The notes beneath the pieces were generated by a model. The model searched no databases. It saw only the letters and a program-made list of their open reading frames with translations, and had not been told where the DNA came from. From an uncultured Acidobacteriota bacterium (GTDB lineage Bacteria > Acidobacteriota > Vicinamibacteria > Vicinamibacterales > 2-12-FULL-66-21): 64,000 bases of DNA. Numbering within the stretch: position 1 is the first letter of the stretch; every line of letters starts with the position of its first letter. The stretch covers positions 361,061 to 425,060 of the forward strand of contig CAVVOD010000004.1 of assembly GCA_963749835.1 (NCBI GenBank), in the 5' to 3' direction. This document shows positions 56,372 through 64,000 of this stretch, piece after piece. The position numbers were made by a program, and so were the translations under genes.

Positions 56372-56380
56372 AGGGGCATT

Positions 56381-57046
56381 CTAGGTCAGGACCTTGATGA
56401 CGACGCGGCGGTTCTGCGCGCGGCCGTCCTTGGTCTTGTTCGGCGCGATCGGCTTCTCTTCGCCGTAGCTGATCACGTTGATCTTGTGGAGAGGTACCTG
56501 ATGCTGGTCATAGAGATACCGCTTGACCGCCTCGGCACGCTCCATCCCCAGCTTGTAGTTGATCTCCGTGGGGCCCGCGTTGTCCGTGTGCCCTTCGATT
56601 TCGATGTAGGCGCCGTTCGGCTCGGACTTGAGCTTCTGCACGAGCGCGTCGAGGTCCGCCTTCGCCTGGTCGGGCATGGCGGCCTTGCCGAACTTGAAGC
56701 CGCCCTTGTCTTCGCTGAGCGTCACTTCGTAGACGAGCCGCTTCGACGCGCGCTCGATCTCGTCGGCGCGGGTGTTGACGGCCGCCGCCGCCGCGCGGGC
56801 TTCGGATGCACTCTTGTTGGCGGCGTCCGCGCGCTGCCCGGCGGCGACTGCGCGGCCGTCCACTTCGGTAATCTTGCCTTCGTTGGTGCGGGTACGCTCC
56901 TGGGTCTCTTCGACCGTCTTAGAGAGCGTTTCCACTTTGCCGTTCACTTCTCCGACCTGCGTCTTGACCATCTTCTTGGTCGCGCAGGCGGTGGTACCGC
57001 CGAGCGCGAGCGCAAGAACCGGTACGGCGAGCACGAGTTTCTTCAT
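56381..57046 (-). CDS. OmpA-family lipoprotein with a coiled-coil N-terminal region
   Basis: I prefer the start MKKLVLAVPVLALALGGTTAC (57046), a lipobox-like signal. The C-terminal OmpA-like domain is ..IEIEGHTDNAGPTEINYKLGMERAEAV..NRRVVIKVL. Confidence 0.88.
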   Translation of the reverse strand: MKKLVLAVPVLALALGGTTACATKKMVKTQVGEVNGKVETLSKTVEETQERTRTNEGKITEVDGRAVAAGQRADAANKSASEARAAAAAVNTRADEIERASKRLVYEVTLSEDKGGFKFGKAAMPDQAKADLDALVQKLKSEPNGAYIEIEGHTDNAGPTEINYKLGMERAEAVKRYLYDQHQVPLHKINVISYGEEKPIAPNKTKDGRAQNRRVVIKVLT

Positions 57047-57115
57047 CTTTGTCCTCCGGGGAGCCATGTTTCCGACGAGTGATTTAAGTGCGAATTCACG
57101 ATTGGTGCTCAGCAA

Positions 57116-58102
57116 TCAACGTTCCGCCATCCCGACTGTTCCCGCTACGGTGTACCCGGCGCGCGCGCGGACGGTCAGGTCGCGATCACGAGCGCGCACT
57201 TCGAGCGGACGCCAGCCTGGCGACGTCGACGCCTCGAAGGCGAGGACGTACTGGTGCCGCAATTCCTCGACAATCCGTCGTGCCGCCACGCTCGCGTGCG
57301 CAGGAGCGCTGGCCGAAAAGAACTCTCCACCGGTCCAGTGCGCCAGGTGGGACAACGGGCCGGCCGGCTCGGTCCGGCTTCCCTCTTCCCGGGTGTCGTC
57401 AATCGGCGACATGACGGCGATGATGTAGACCGGCACGTCGATCCCGCTCGCGATGCCCGCGACCTGCTCGGACGTCAGACGGCTGCGGGTGTCGATGCCG
57501 TCCGTCAGCACGACGACCGCGCTCCGCTGAGGAAGATGACCGGCGCTCGAGCCCGCGGCCGCGACCACCCGCGCCGTCTCGGCCACCGCGTCGTACATCG
57601 ACGTCTGACCGAACGGCGGCTCGACATGATCGAGCGCCTTTTCCAGCGCGCTGATGTCCGAGGTGAACCCGGTGACCCGATCCAGGCGCGTGTCGAACGC
57701 AAAGACCGCGGCCTGGTCGGTGGCCCGCAGCGCGCCAAACACGTGACGCGCCGCCTGCCGCGCGTCGTCCGCCTTCGACCCGACGCGCATGCTGCCGCTG
57801 ATGTCGAACAGCACCGCCACCTTGACCGGACCATCCGCCTCAGCGCGGAAATCCAGGATCTCCCGGGGCTTGCCCGCTTCCGCGACGATGAAATCCTTCT
57901 GCACCATGTTCGGGACGAATCGTCCCTTACGATCCCGTACCACCGCGCTCACCGACACCACATCCACCGCGGAGCGGAACGTCGAGGGAGCGCGTGGTGT
58001 GTCTGTCTGAGCGGGCGATTTGACCTGGGCCTCCGTCGGCCCATTCAACGGCAGGAGCCATAGTGCGATGACCCCGCCGATGCCGACGTAACGTCCGTTC
58101 AT
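57116..58102 (-). CDS. VWA domain protein of the 'VWFA-related acidobacterial domain' type
   Basis: 328 aa with a signal peptide. ..FRSAVDVVSVSAVVRDRKGRFV..L...DF.V.E.G.. is the N-terminal part, followed by the MIDAS motif ..VAVLFDISGSM.. Confidence 0.85.
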   Translation of the reverse strand: MNGRYVGIGGVIALWLLPLNGPTEAQVKSPAQTDTPRAPSTFRSAVDVVSVSAVVRDRKGRFVPNMVQKDFIVAEAGKPREILDFRAEADGPVKVAVLFDISGSMRVGSKADDARQAARHVFGALRATDQAAVFAFDTRLDRVTGFTSDISALEKALDHVEPPFGQTSMYDAVAETARVVAAAGSSAGHLPQRSAVVVLTDGIDTRSRLTSEQVAGIASGIDVPVYIIAVMSPIDDTREEGSRTEPAGPLSHLAHWTGGEFFSASAPAHASVAARRIVEELRHQYVLAFEASTSPGWRPLEVRARDRDLTVRARAGYTVAGTVGMAER

Positions 58103-58333
58103 GACGACTCTATCCCTCCAAAGAACTTGCCAAGTGGCTAAGCCGCTGGAACGGCGGAGGTTAAGTGCTGAGGTGGATTCCAGCAGGGAGGAAAACCCGG
58201 CAAAAACAGTGTAAAAATTTCCAACTTAGCGAATTCTCGACACATTTTCTACACGAGTTGGCTGGATGCGAGGTGAAGCCGGCGTTCCCGAGGACGCTGC
58301 CGCAATCGGCCGCGGTCGCGATAAAATTCGCCG

Positions 58334-59557
58334 ATGCCATCACGAACCGTCGCAAGTATCCGCGTCAATCCCCGGATCAGCGGCTTCGTCTACGCCATCC
58401 GAAACATCGTGGCTGAGGCGCGCAAGGTCGAAGCGTCCGGACGGAAGGTCCGGTACCTCAACATCGGCGATCCGATTATCTTCGGATTTCGGACGCCGCT
58501 CCATATGGTGGAAGCCGTCGAGCGGGCCATGCGGGACGGCGAGAACGGCTATGCGCCGTCGGTTGGCATCCCCGCAGCGCGCGAGGCCGTCGCCGCCGAG
58601 TGCAATCAACGCGGCATGCCCATGTCGCCCGATCGCGTCGTCATCACCTCCGGCACGTCCGAGGGGATCGAGCTTGCCCTCACGGCGATGGCCGGGCCCG
58701 GCGACGATGTGCTCATTCCGGTGCCGACGTATCCGCTGTACACGGCCGTGCTCGCGAAGATTGGCGCCCGCGCGGTGTTCTACCGGACCGATCCAGCCAG
58801 GGGATGGCAGCCGGACATCGATCACGTCCGCAGCCTGATCGGCCCGGCGACGCGGGCGCTGGTGGTCATTGACCCGAACAACCCGACCGGTGCGACGTAT
58901 TCGACCGAGGCCCGGCGTGCGCTGGTGCAGCTGGCCGAGGAACACAACTTTCCGCTCCTGGCGGACGAGGTGTACGCCGATCTCGCGTTCGACGGCCCCG
59001 TCGGCGCGCTTGCGGCCTTCAACCCCGAGGCGCCGGTCATCACCTTCTCTTCGCTCTCGAAGGCCTACCTCGCCCCTGGCTGGCGGGCCGGCTGGATGGC
59101 TGTCTCGGGCACCGGGCGACTCGATGATCTGTTGTCCGGAATCAAGAAGCTGGCGGACGGACGGCTGTGCAGCACGGGCCCCATGGAACATGCGATCGTG
59201 GCGGCGCTCAACGGCGACCGTTCCCATCAGCAGATCTTCCGCGATGCGCTCCGCGAACGCGCCGAGCTCACCCATTCCCGCCTGAATGCCATCGACGGCG
59301 TCTCCGTCGTCATGCCGACGGCGGCGTTCTATGCGCTGCCGAAAGTCGAGCTGCCACCCGGCGTCACCGACGAGGACTATGTGCTGGCGCTCCTGCGCGA
59401 GACCGGGGTGTTGTGCGTGCACGGCTCCGGATTCGGCGCGGCTCCCGAGGAGGGCTACTTCCGCGTGGTCTTCCTGGCCTCACCGGCAGAACTGGCCGGC
59501 ATTTACGATCTCGTCGCGGACTTCACGCGCGACTTTCTTTCGAGACAACCTCAGTAA
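58334..59557 (+). CDS. pyridoxal-phosphate-dependent aminotransferase, class I (alanine aminotransferase AlaA-like)
   Basis: 407 aa. ..YLNIGDP.., ..IDPNNPTGA.., PLP-lysine context ..FSSLSKAYLAPGWRAGW.. Confidence 0.9.
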   Translation: MPSRTVASIRVNPRISGFVYAIRNIVAEARKVEASGRKVRYLNIGDPIIFGFRTPLHMVEAVERAMRDGENGYAPSVGIPAAREAVAAECNQRGMPMSPDRVVITSGTSEGIELALTAMAGPGDDVLIPVPTYPLYTAVLAKIGARAVFYRTDPARGWQPDIDHVRSLIGPATRALVVIDPNNPTGATYSTEARRALVQLAEEHNFPLLADEVYADLAFDGPVGALAAFNPEAPVITFSSLSKAYLAPGWRAGWMAVSGTGRLDDLLSGIKKLADGRLCSTGPMEHAIVAALNGDRSHQQIFRDALRERAELTHSRLNAIDGVSVVMPTAAFYALPKVELPPGVTDEDYVLALLRETGVLCVHGSGFGAAPEEGYFRVVFLASPAELAGIYDLVADFTRDFLSRQPQ

Positions 59558-59569
59558 AGGCAGCACACA

Positions 59570-60622
59570 GTGACCATGGACCCGGCGGCGCAGAAGGCGA
59601 TCGTGGGATGGGGCATCGCGATGACGGCGCTGGCCGTCGTCATTCTCTGGTGCGCCTATCTGGTGCGCGAGGTGCTGCTCCTCATCTACGTCAGCGGGCT
59701 GCTGGCGATCGGGTTCAGTCCGATCGTGCGCCTGATCGAGCGGCAGAAAGCGCTGCCCATCGGGACGCGGCGGTTCCCGCGCTGGCTTGCCATCCTGACG
59801 CTCTACCTGTTCATCCTGGGGACGCTGACGGGCATCGGATTCATGATCGTGCCGCCCGTGGTCCATCAGGGGCAGCAGCTCTGGACGGCGTTCCCCGACA
59901 TGTTCGATCGCGGTCAGGAGTTCCTGATCCAGAAGGGCATTCTCAAAGAGCACCTGACGCTGCGGGAAGCGGTCGCGCGCGCTCCCAAAACAGGAAGCAG
60001 CGAGGCGGTCGGCACGGTGATGGGGGCCGTCGTCGGGGTGGTGGGCGGGCTCTTTGGTCTCCTCACGATCCTGATTCTCACCTTCTACCTCCTCGTCGAG
60101 GCGGACAACCTGCGCGAGACGATGCTCCGGCTGTTTCCCCGGCGGAATCGGACGCGCGTCGCCGCGGCGAGCCGGGACATCACGGTGAAGGTGAGTGCGT
60201 GGCTCGGGGGCCAGCTGCTGCTGGGCGCTATCATCGGCGGCTCATCGGCGCTTGCACTCTGGCTGCTCGGCATCCCGTTCTTCTACGTGCTGGCACTCAT
60301 TTCCGGGATTGGAGAGCTCATCCCGGTCGTCGGTCCCATCCTGGCGGCGATTCCCGCGATCATCGTCGCGTCCACGGTTTCGCTGAACAAGGCGATCCTG
60401 GTGATCGTGTTCTTCATCGTCCAGCAGCAGTTCGAGAATCACGTCCTCGTTCCCAAGATCATGGAGCGCCAGGTGGGTGTGAGCGCGGTGACCGTGATCA
60501 TTGCGCTGCTCATCGGCGGGAAACTCCTTGGCATCCCGGGAGCCATTCTCGCCGTGCCGAGCGCCGCGATCCTGCAGGTCCTCTTCACGGAATTCACCAC
60601 GCAGCGGGACAGGCAGAGCTGA
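59570..60622 (+). CDS. AI-2E family transporter (PerM/YhhT-like)
   Basis: 350 aa, about 8 hydrophobic helices. ..ELIPVVGPILAAIPAI.. and ..QQFENHVLVPKIM.. are family signatures. Confidence 0.88.
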   Translation: MTMDPAAQKAIVGWGIAMTALAVVILWCAYLVREVLLLIYVSGLLAIGFSPIVRLIERQKALPIGTRRFPRWLAILTLYLFILGTLTGIGFMIVPPVVHQGQQLWTAFPDMFDRGQEFLIQKGILKEHLTLREAVARAPKTGSSEAVGTVMGAVVGVVGGLFGLLTILILTFYLLVEADNLRETMLRLFPRRNRTRVAAASRDITVKVSAWLGGQLLLGAIIGGSSALALWLLGIPFFYVLALISGIGELIPVVGPILAAIPAIIVASTVSLNKAILVIVFFIVQQQFENHVLVPKIMERQVGVSAVTVIIALLIGGKLLGIPGAILAVPSAAILQVLFTEFTTQRDRQS

Positions 60623-60623
60623 A

Positions 60624-60754
60624 GGGGACTCTGGATCGGGGATCGGGGATCAGGGATTGGGGACTGGGGACTGGGGATAAGGGATTGGGACGTTCGAGTC
60701 CTCGAATCCTGAATCCCGAGTCCCCGATCCCTGATCCCCGATCCCCGATCCCGG
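60624..60754. repeat. long hairpin of opposed heptamer runs: 24-bp perfect inverted repeat (60634-60657 / 60727-60750); the G-rich arm has >=8 G-tracts
   Basis: gatcggggatcggggatcagggat is the exact reverse complement of atccctgatccccgatccccgatc. The sequence between the arms is also partly self-complementary (ggggactggggactggggataagggattggga / tcctcgaatcctgaatcccgagtcccc). Confidence 0.9.
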
Positions 60755-60840
60755 CCCGGTTGGCACCCGCATTGATGGGCGCCATCGCGACGGCGACTTC
60801 CTGGCCGGAATAGGCAGGCCGCGGGAGACTTGGCGGAAGG

Positions 60841-61176
60841 GTGAGTGGTGAAATGAGCACCGCCGGTGGTACCCGCCGGAACCTGTTCGGCGATGTCGCA
60901 CTCGTCGCGTTCCTGCTGGCGCAGGCATCGGACGGTGTGCTGACCTACATCGGCGTGCGCACTTTCGGGGTGCGCATCGAAGGCAACCCTCTCATCGCGT
61001 GGCTGATGACCGCCATGGGCGAAGTCCCCGCGCTCGCCACAGCCAAGCTGACGGCCGGGTTCTTCGGCGTCGCCCTCCACATGTCATCCGTTCACCGGGC
61101 TGTCGCGCTGCTGGCGGCTTTTTATGTCGCCGTCGCGGTCGTCCCGTGGATCGCGATCCTTTTCTACCTCAACTGA
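60841..61176 (+). CDS. small membrane protein, DUF5658-like
   Basis: 111 aa (GTG start in the track; ATG 12 nt downstream). Three hydrophobic helices. ..LAQASDGVLTYIGV...EGNPL..W... Confidence 0.65.
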   Translation: MSGEMSTAGGTRRNLFGDVALVAFLLAQASDGVLTYIGVRTFGVRIEGNPLIAWLMTAMGEVPALATAKLTAGFFGVALHMSSVHRAVALLAAFYVAVAVVPWIAILFYLN

Positions 61177-61278
61177 CAGACTGGTTGTCGATGAGCTCCG
61201 TTCGCGGGGCTCACGAAGGGTCGCGCCCGCGGTTCGGGCGCCGCCGGCCGCCGCTGGCCGAGGATATACTCGCCTCGT

Positions 61279-62460
61279 ATGCGAAGAGATCCGCTTGCGT
61301 ACCTCGGTGACGAGCTCGAGTCCCTCAAACAGCAGAATCTCTACCGCCATCTGCGCGTGCTCGAAGACGAGCAGAAGGCACACACGACGTTCGATCAGCG
61401 TTCGGTCGTCAACCTGTCCTCGAACAACTATCTGGGCCTGACGACCCACCCGCGCCTGCGCGCGGCGGCCCTCGGAGCGATCGAGAAATACGGGGTGGGC
61501 TCGGGATCGGTGCGCACGATTGCCGGCACGATGGATCTTCACGTCGAGCTCGAGCGAAAACTGGCCGCCTTCAAAAAAGTCGAAGCGGTGGTCGTTTTTC
61601 AGAGCGGCTTCACGGCAAACGCCGGCGCCGTCTCCGCGATCCTCACGAAAGAGGACGTGGTCATTTCAGACGAGCTGAACCACGCCAGCATCATCGACGG
61701 CTGCCGTCTCAGCCGGGCAGCCATCAAGGTATTTCCGCACAAGGACGCAGACGCCGCGCGCCGGATCATCGACGGCCTTCCCGCCGGTCAGCGCCGGCTC
61801 CTCATCACCGACGGCGTGTTCAGCATGGACGGCGACCTCGGCCCGCTCCCCGCGTTGTGTGACGTCGCAGAGCAGACGGGCTGCATCATGATGGTGGACG
61901 ACGCCCATGCGAGCGGGGTGTTTGGTGCGAACGGTCGTGGAACCATCGACCATTTCGGCGTGCACGGCCGGGTCGATGTGCAGGTGGGCACGCTGTCGAA
62001 AGCCATCGGCGCGCTCGGGGGCTACGTCGCCGGCACCCGCAACCTGATCGAGTTCCTGCAGCACCGGGCGCGGCCGTTCCTGTTCTCGACGTCGCACCCA
62101 CCGTCTGTCACGGCCGCGTGTATCGCGGCGCTGGACGTGCTGACGGAAGAGCCGGAGATCATCGACCGCCTGTGGGCGAACACGCGCTTTTTCAAGGCTG
62201 GGCTCGAGTGTCTGGGGTTCAACACGGGGCTCAGCGAGAGCCCCATTACGCCGGTCATCACAGGGGACAGCGCCAGGGCCAACGCGCTGTCGGACCGTCT
62301 GTTCCAGCAGGGGGTCTTTGCGCAGGCGATCGCGTTTCCGACGGTGGCCAAAGACAAGGCGCGCGTGCGGACGATCGTCACCGCGACCCATACCGTCGAG
62401 GACCTGCAATATGCCCTGGACATGTTCGAGTTGGTCGGTCGCGAGCTGAATCTCGTCTAA
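61279..62460 (+). CDS. kbl: glycine C-acetyltransferase (2-amino-3-ketobutyrate CoA ligase)
   Basis: 393 aa. ..NLSSNNYLGL.., ..FQSGFTANAG.., ..SDELNHASIIDG.., ..DDAHASG.., PLP-lysine ..GTLSKA.. Confidence 0.93.
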   Translation: MRRDPLAYLGDELESLKQQNLYRHLRVLEDEQKAHTTFDQRSVVNLSSNNYLGLTTHPRLRAAALGAIEKYGVGSGSVRTIAGTMDLHVELERKLAAFKKVEAVVVFQSGFTANAGAVSAILTKEDVVISDELNHASIIDGCRLSRAAIKVFPHKDADAARRIIDGLPAGQRRLLITDGVFSMDGDLGPLPALCDVAEQTGCIMMVDDAHASGVFGANGRGTIDHFGVHGRVDVQVGTLSKAIGALGGYVAGTRNLIEFLQHRARPFLFSTSHPPSVTAACIAALDVLTEEPEIIDRLWANTRFFKAGLECLGFNTGLSESPITPVITGDSARANALSDRLFQQGVFAQAIAFPTVAKDKARVRTIVTATHTVEDLQYALDMFELVGRELNLV

Positions 62461-62514
62461 TCTGAGCTAGGGGGATTCCTTGCGCATTTCTGTCGTGTTT
62501 CCGGGCCGACGTCA

Positions 62515-63732
62515 TTGAAAGGTTCCAGATCCGACCGGGCGCGCTCGCTGTTCGAGATCTACACCCGCGATCTGTCGCGCGAGGACCTGCAGCGCCTGTT
62601 CACCCACGACACGCGCGACGCTTACCGGTTCTTCGCCAGGGGGATCGACGAGGAAGAGTTCACCGGGCTCCCCTTGTGGAAGGGGCTGCCGCTCCGCGTC
62701 CGCCGGATCTTCATGGCGTTCACGCTCAAACTCCCCCCAGCACGGCGGGCGCTCTACCTGGTGGCCCTCTTCGTCGCGCTCCTCGGGGTTTTCCGGCTGT
62801 TCCGGGGGTTTGGGTCGGTCGAGATTCCATTCGGCCTGCCGTTCATGCAGGTCATGGTGCTGACCCCGATCTGGGCGGACGGCACGTTCGCATTGCTCCT
62901 CAGCCTGTTTCTCGTCAACCTGCTGGTCCTCCTCGAAGTGGCCGACCGCCTGTCGCTCAAGGGAGAGCTCGAGGTCGCACGCGAGATCCAGCTCGCCATG
63001 CTGCCAAGCGGCACGTACCGCGCGGGAGACATCGAAATCTGCGGCGTGACGCGTCCGGCAAATACCGTCGGCGGAGATTTCTACGACGTGCTGCCGCTTC
63101 GTGACGGGCGTGTGATCGTGACGCTTGGAGACGTCGCGGGAAAAGGCAGCCCCGCCGCATTGCTGATGGCCCTGCTGCTCGCGGTCCTGAGGACGCTGGT
63201 GGACGAGGAGCTCGAGGCGCCCGCGCTGGTGGAGCGTCTCAACGCGCAGATCTGCCGGCACAGCCCGTCGTCGCGCTTCATCACGCTCTTCTACGGCGTT
63301 TACACCCCGGCCACGGGCGCGCTCACATACGTCAATGCCGGACACCTTCCGCCTCTCATCCGCCGGCTGGATGGACACTACGAGCGTCTGGGGGGCACCG
63401 GCGTCGCCCTCGGCATGTTCGAAGGATCCAAGTTCGGTTCGGTCGAGACGAGGCTCGAGGCCGGCGAAACCCTGGTGCTGTACAGCGACGGAATCACGGA
63501 AGCGGAAGATCCCTCGGGCCAACCGTTCGAGGAAGCCGGCCTCGAAATGATCATGGAGCGCACGGCGGCCACACAACCGGCTGAAATGTGCGCGCACATT
63601 CTCAGCGGAGTCGCCGTCCATGCACAGGAGTCGCGGTTCGCGGACGACCTCACCATCCTCGTGCTCAAACGCGCGGAGGGTGTGCCGGAGAGTGATTCAG
63701 CGTTCGAACCCGTACACGCGCACGCCGGCTGA
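62515..63732 (+). CDS. membrane-anchored PP2C-family (SpoIIE/RsbU-like) serine phosphatase
   Basis: 405 aa (TTG start in the track, uncertain). Two or three N-terminal hydrophobic helices, then ..AREIQLAMLP..VGGDFYDV..LGDVAGKG..LYSDGITEA..DDLTILVLK. Confidence 0.88.
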   Translation: MKGSRSDRARSLFEIYTRDLSREDLQRLFTHDTRDAYRFFARGIDEEEFTGLPLWKGLPLRVRRIFMAFTLKLPPARRALYLVALFVALLGVFRLFRGFGSVEIPFGLPFMQVMVLTPIWADGTFALLLSLFLVNLLVLLEVADRLSLKGELEVAREIQLAMLPSGTYRAGDIEICGVTRPANTVGGDFYDVLPLRDGRVIVTLGDVAGKGSPAALLMALLLAVLRTLVDEELEAPALVERLNAQICRHSPSSRFITLFYGVYTPATGALTYVNAGHLPPLIRRLDGHYERLGGTGVALGMFEGSKFGSVETRLEAGETLVLYSDGITEAEDPSGQPFEEAGLEMIMERTAATQPAEMCAHILSGVAVHAQESRFADDLTILVLKRAEGVPESDSAFEPVHAHAG

Positions 63733-64000
63733 CACCCCCAGCGGCACGAGCCGGGCTGCGGCGCGCTGACCCGCCGCGCTGAACTTGCGGCGGAACTCCA
63801 CGTCCTCATCGCCGTCGAGCACCGCAAACGGCTCGTAGCCTTCCGCGCGCAGATTCGCGATTGCCTGATCGAGCGCCCCTCCACCGAGCAGATCCCAACG
63901 GAGCGTCGGCAGGTTCGCGTAGTAGCGCAGGCTTCCACTGTGCTGCGCCGCGAGCATGAACGCGGTCGCCGGCAGGTGCTCCCGCGCAAACGCGCCGGCG
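63697..64000 (-). CDS. hypothetical protein, C-terminal part only (continues beyond the right window edge)
   Basis: Track ORF 63697..63957, but the frame stays open upstream to nt 64000 (..AGAFAREHLPATAFMLAAQHSGSLRYYANLPTLRWDLL..). It overlaps the convergent phosphatase gene end by about 36 nt. Confidence 0.55.
   Translation of the reverse strand, partial: AGAFAREHLPATAFMLAAQHSGSLRYYANLPTLRWDLLGGGALDQAIANLRAEGYEPFAVLDGDEDVEFRRKFSAAGQRAAARLVPLGVSAGVRVYGFER

Noticed and set aside
56213-56380. GGGGCTGAACGATCGACCGG resembling the 5' end of tmRNA (GGGGCUGA...UCGAC)
   Set aside because: A ~350-nt tmRNA would run into the OmpA-family gene. I found no T-arm/CCA-type 3' end (GGTTCGANTCC..CCACCA) and no tag reading frame. 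The match is only a short 5' resemblance.
60685-60712. gggacgttcgagtcctcgaatcc resembling a tRNA T-arm (GGTTCGAGTCC)
   Set aside because: The flanking bases do not form a T-stem, and no acceptor, D or anticodon arms can be drawn. The sequence is the turn of the heptamer hairpin. I found no convincing tRNA in any spacer.

Overview
High-GC bacterial chromosomal window, probably Acidobacteriota. The taxonomic hint is the 'VWFA-related acidobacterial' type protein at 57116..58102, and it is an inference only. I support about 50 protein-coding genes. The content is housekeeping and peptide or amino-acid scavenging: type III glutamine synthetase, DinB, MetH with an upstream SahR-like regulator, an MTHFR-like gene, Kbl, two aminotransferases, peptidases of families M13, M1, M3B, M49 and S66, and three cyclophilin domains. 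There are also two MFS transporters, a LytS/LytTR two-component pair, a stand-alone LigD polymerase domain, a NYN/OST-HTH protein and a DUF349 protein. I found no rRNA, tRNA, CRISPR array, transposase, integrase, phage gene or recognisable defence system.

The structure that genes do not explain lies in the spacers. Nearly every intergenic spacer longer than about 40 bp is filled with modular repeats:
- tandem heptanucleotide arrays of several sequence families (GGGAYTC/CCCGARY, GAGAGCT, GGAAGCY), often arranged as long inverted repeats and matching G-quadruplex motifs;
- a small conserved hairpin module, CTTCCGSC-TRAA-GSCGGAAG-CTACG, that shows a compensatory stem change;
- a 31-nt palindrome-containing repeat;
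- three roughly 300-350 bp multi-hairpin MITE-like elements with CACGGAG-type inverted termini, all at convergent gene junctions.

One full repeat cassette sits in-frame inside the metH interdomain linker. Separately, three genes (pepN, pepF, DUF349) carry four single-nucleotide frameshifts, and all four lie at or within a few nt of a GTAC tetranucleotide. That points to a systematic cause, either motif-specific sequencing error from DNA methylation or genuine decay.

Limits: everything here is hand translation and eye alignment. Hand-indexed repeat coordinates are good to about +/-2 nt, and near 12237 my count of a C-run disagreed with the ORF track by 1 nt. Many long ORFs in the track are antisense shadows typical of high-GC DNA and were rejected.
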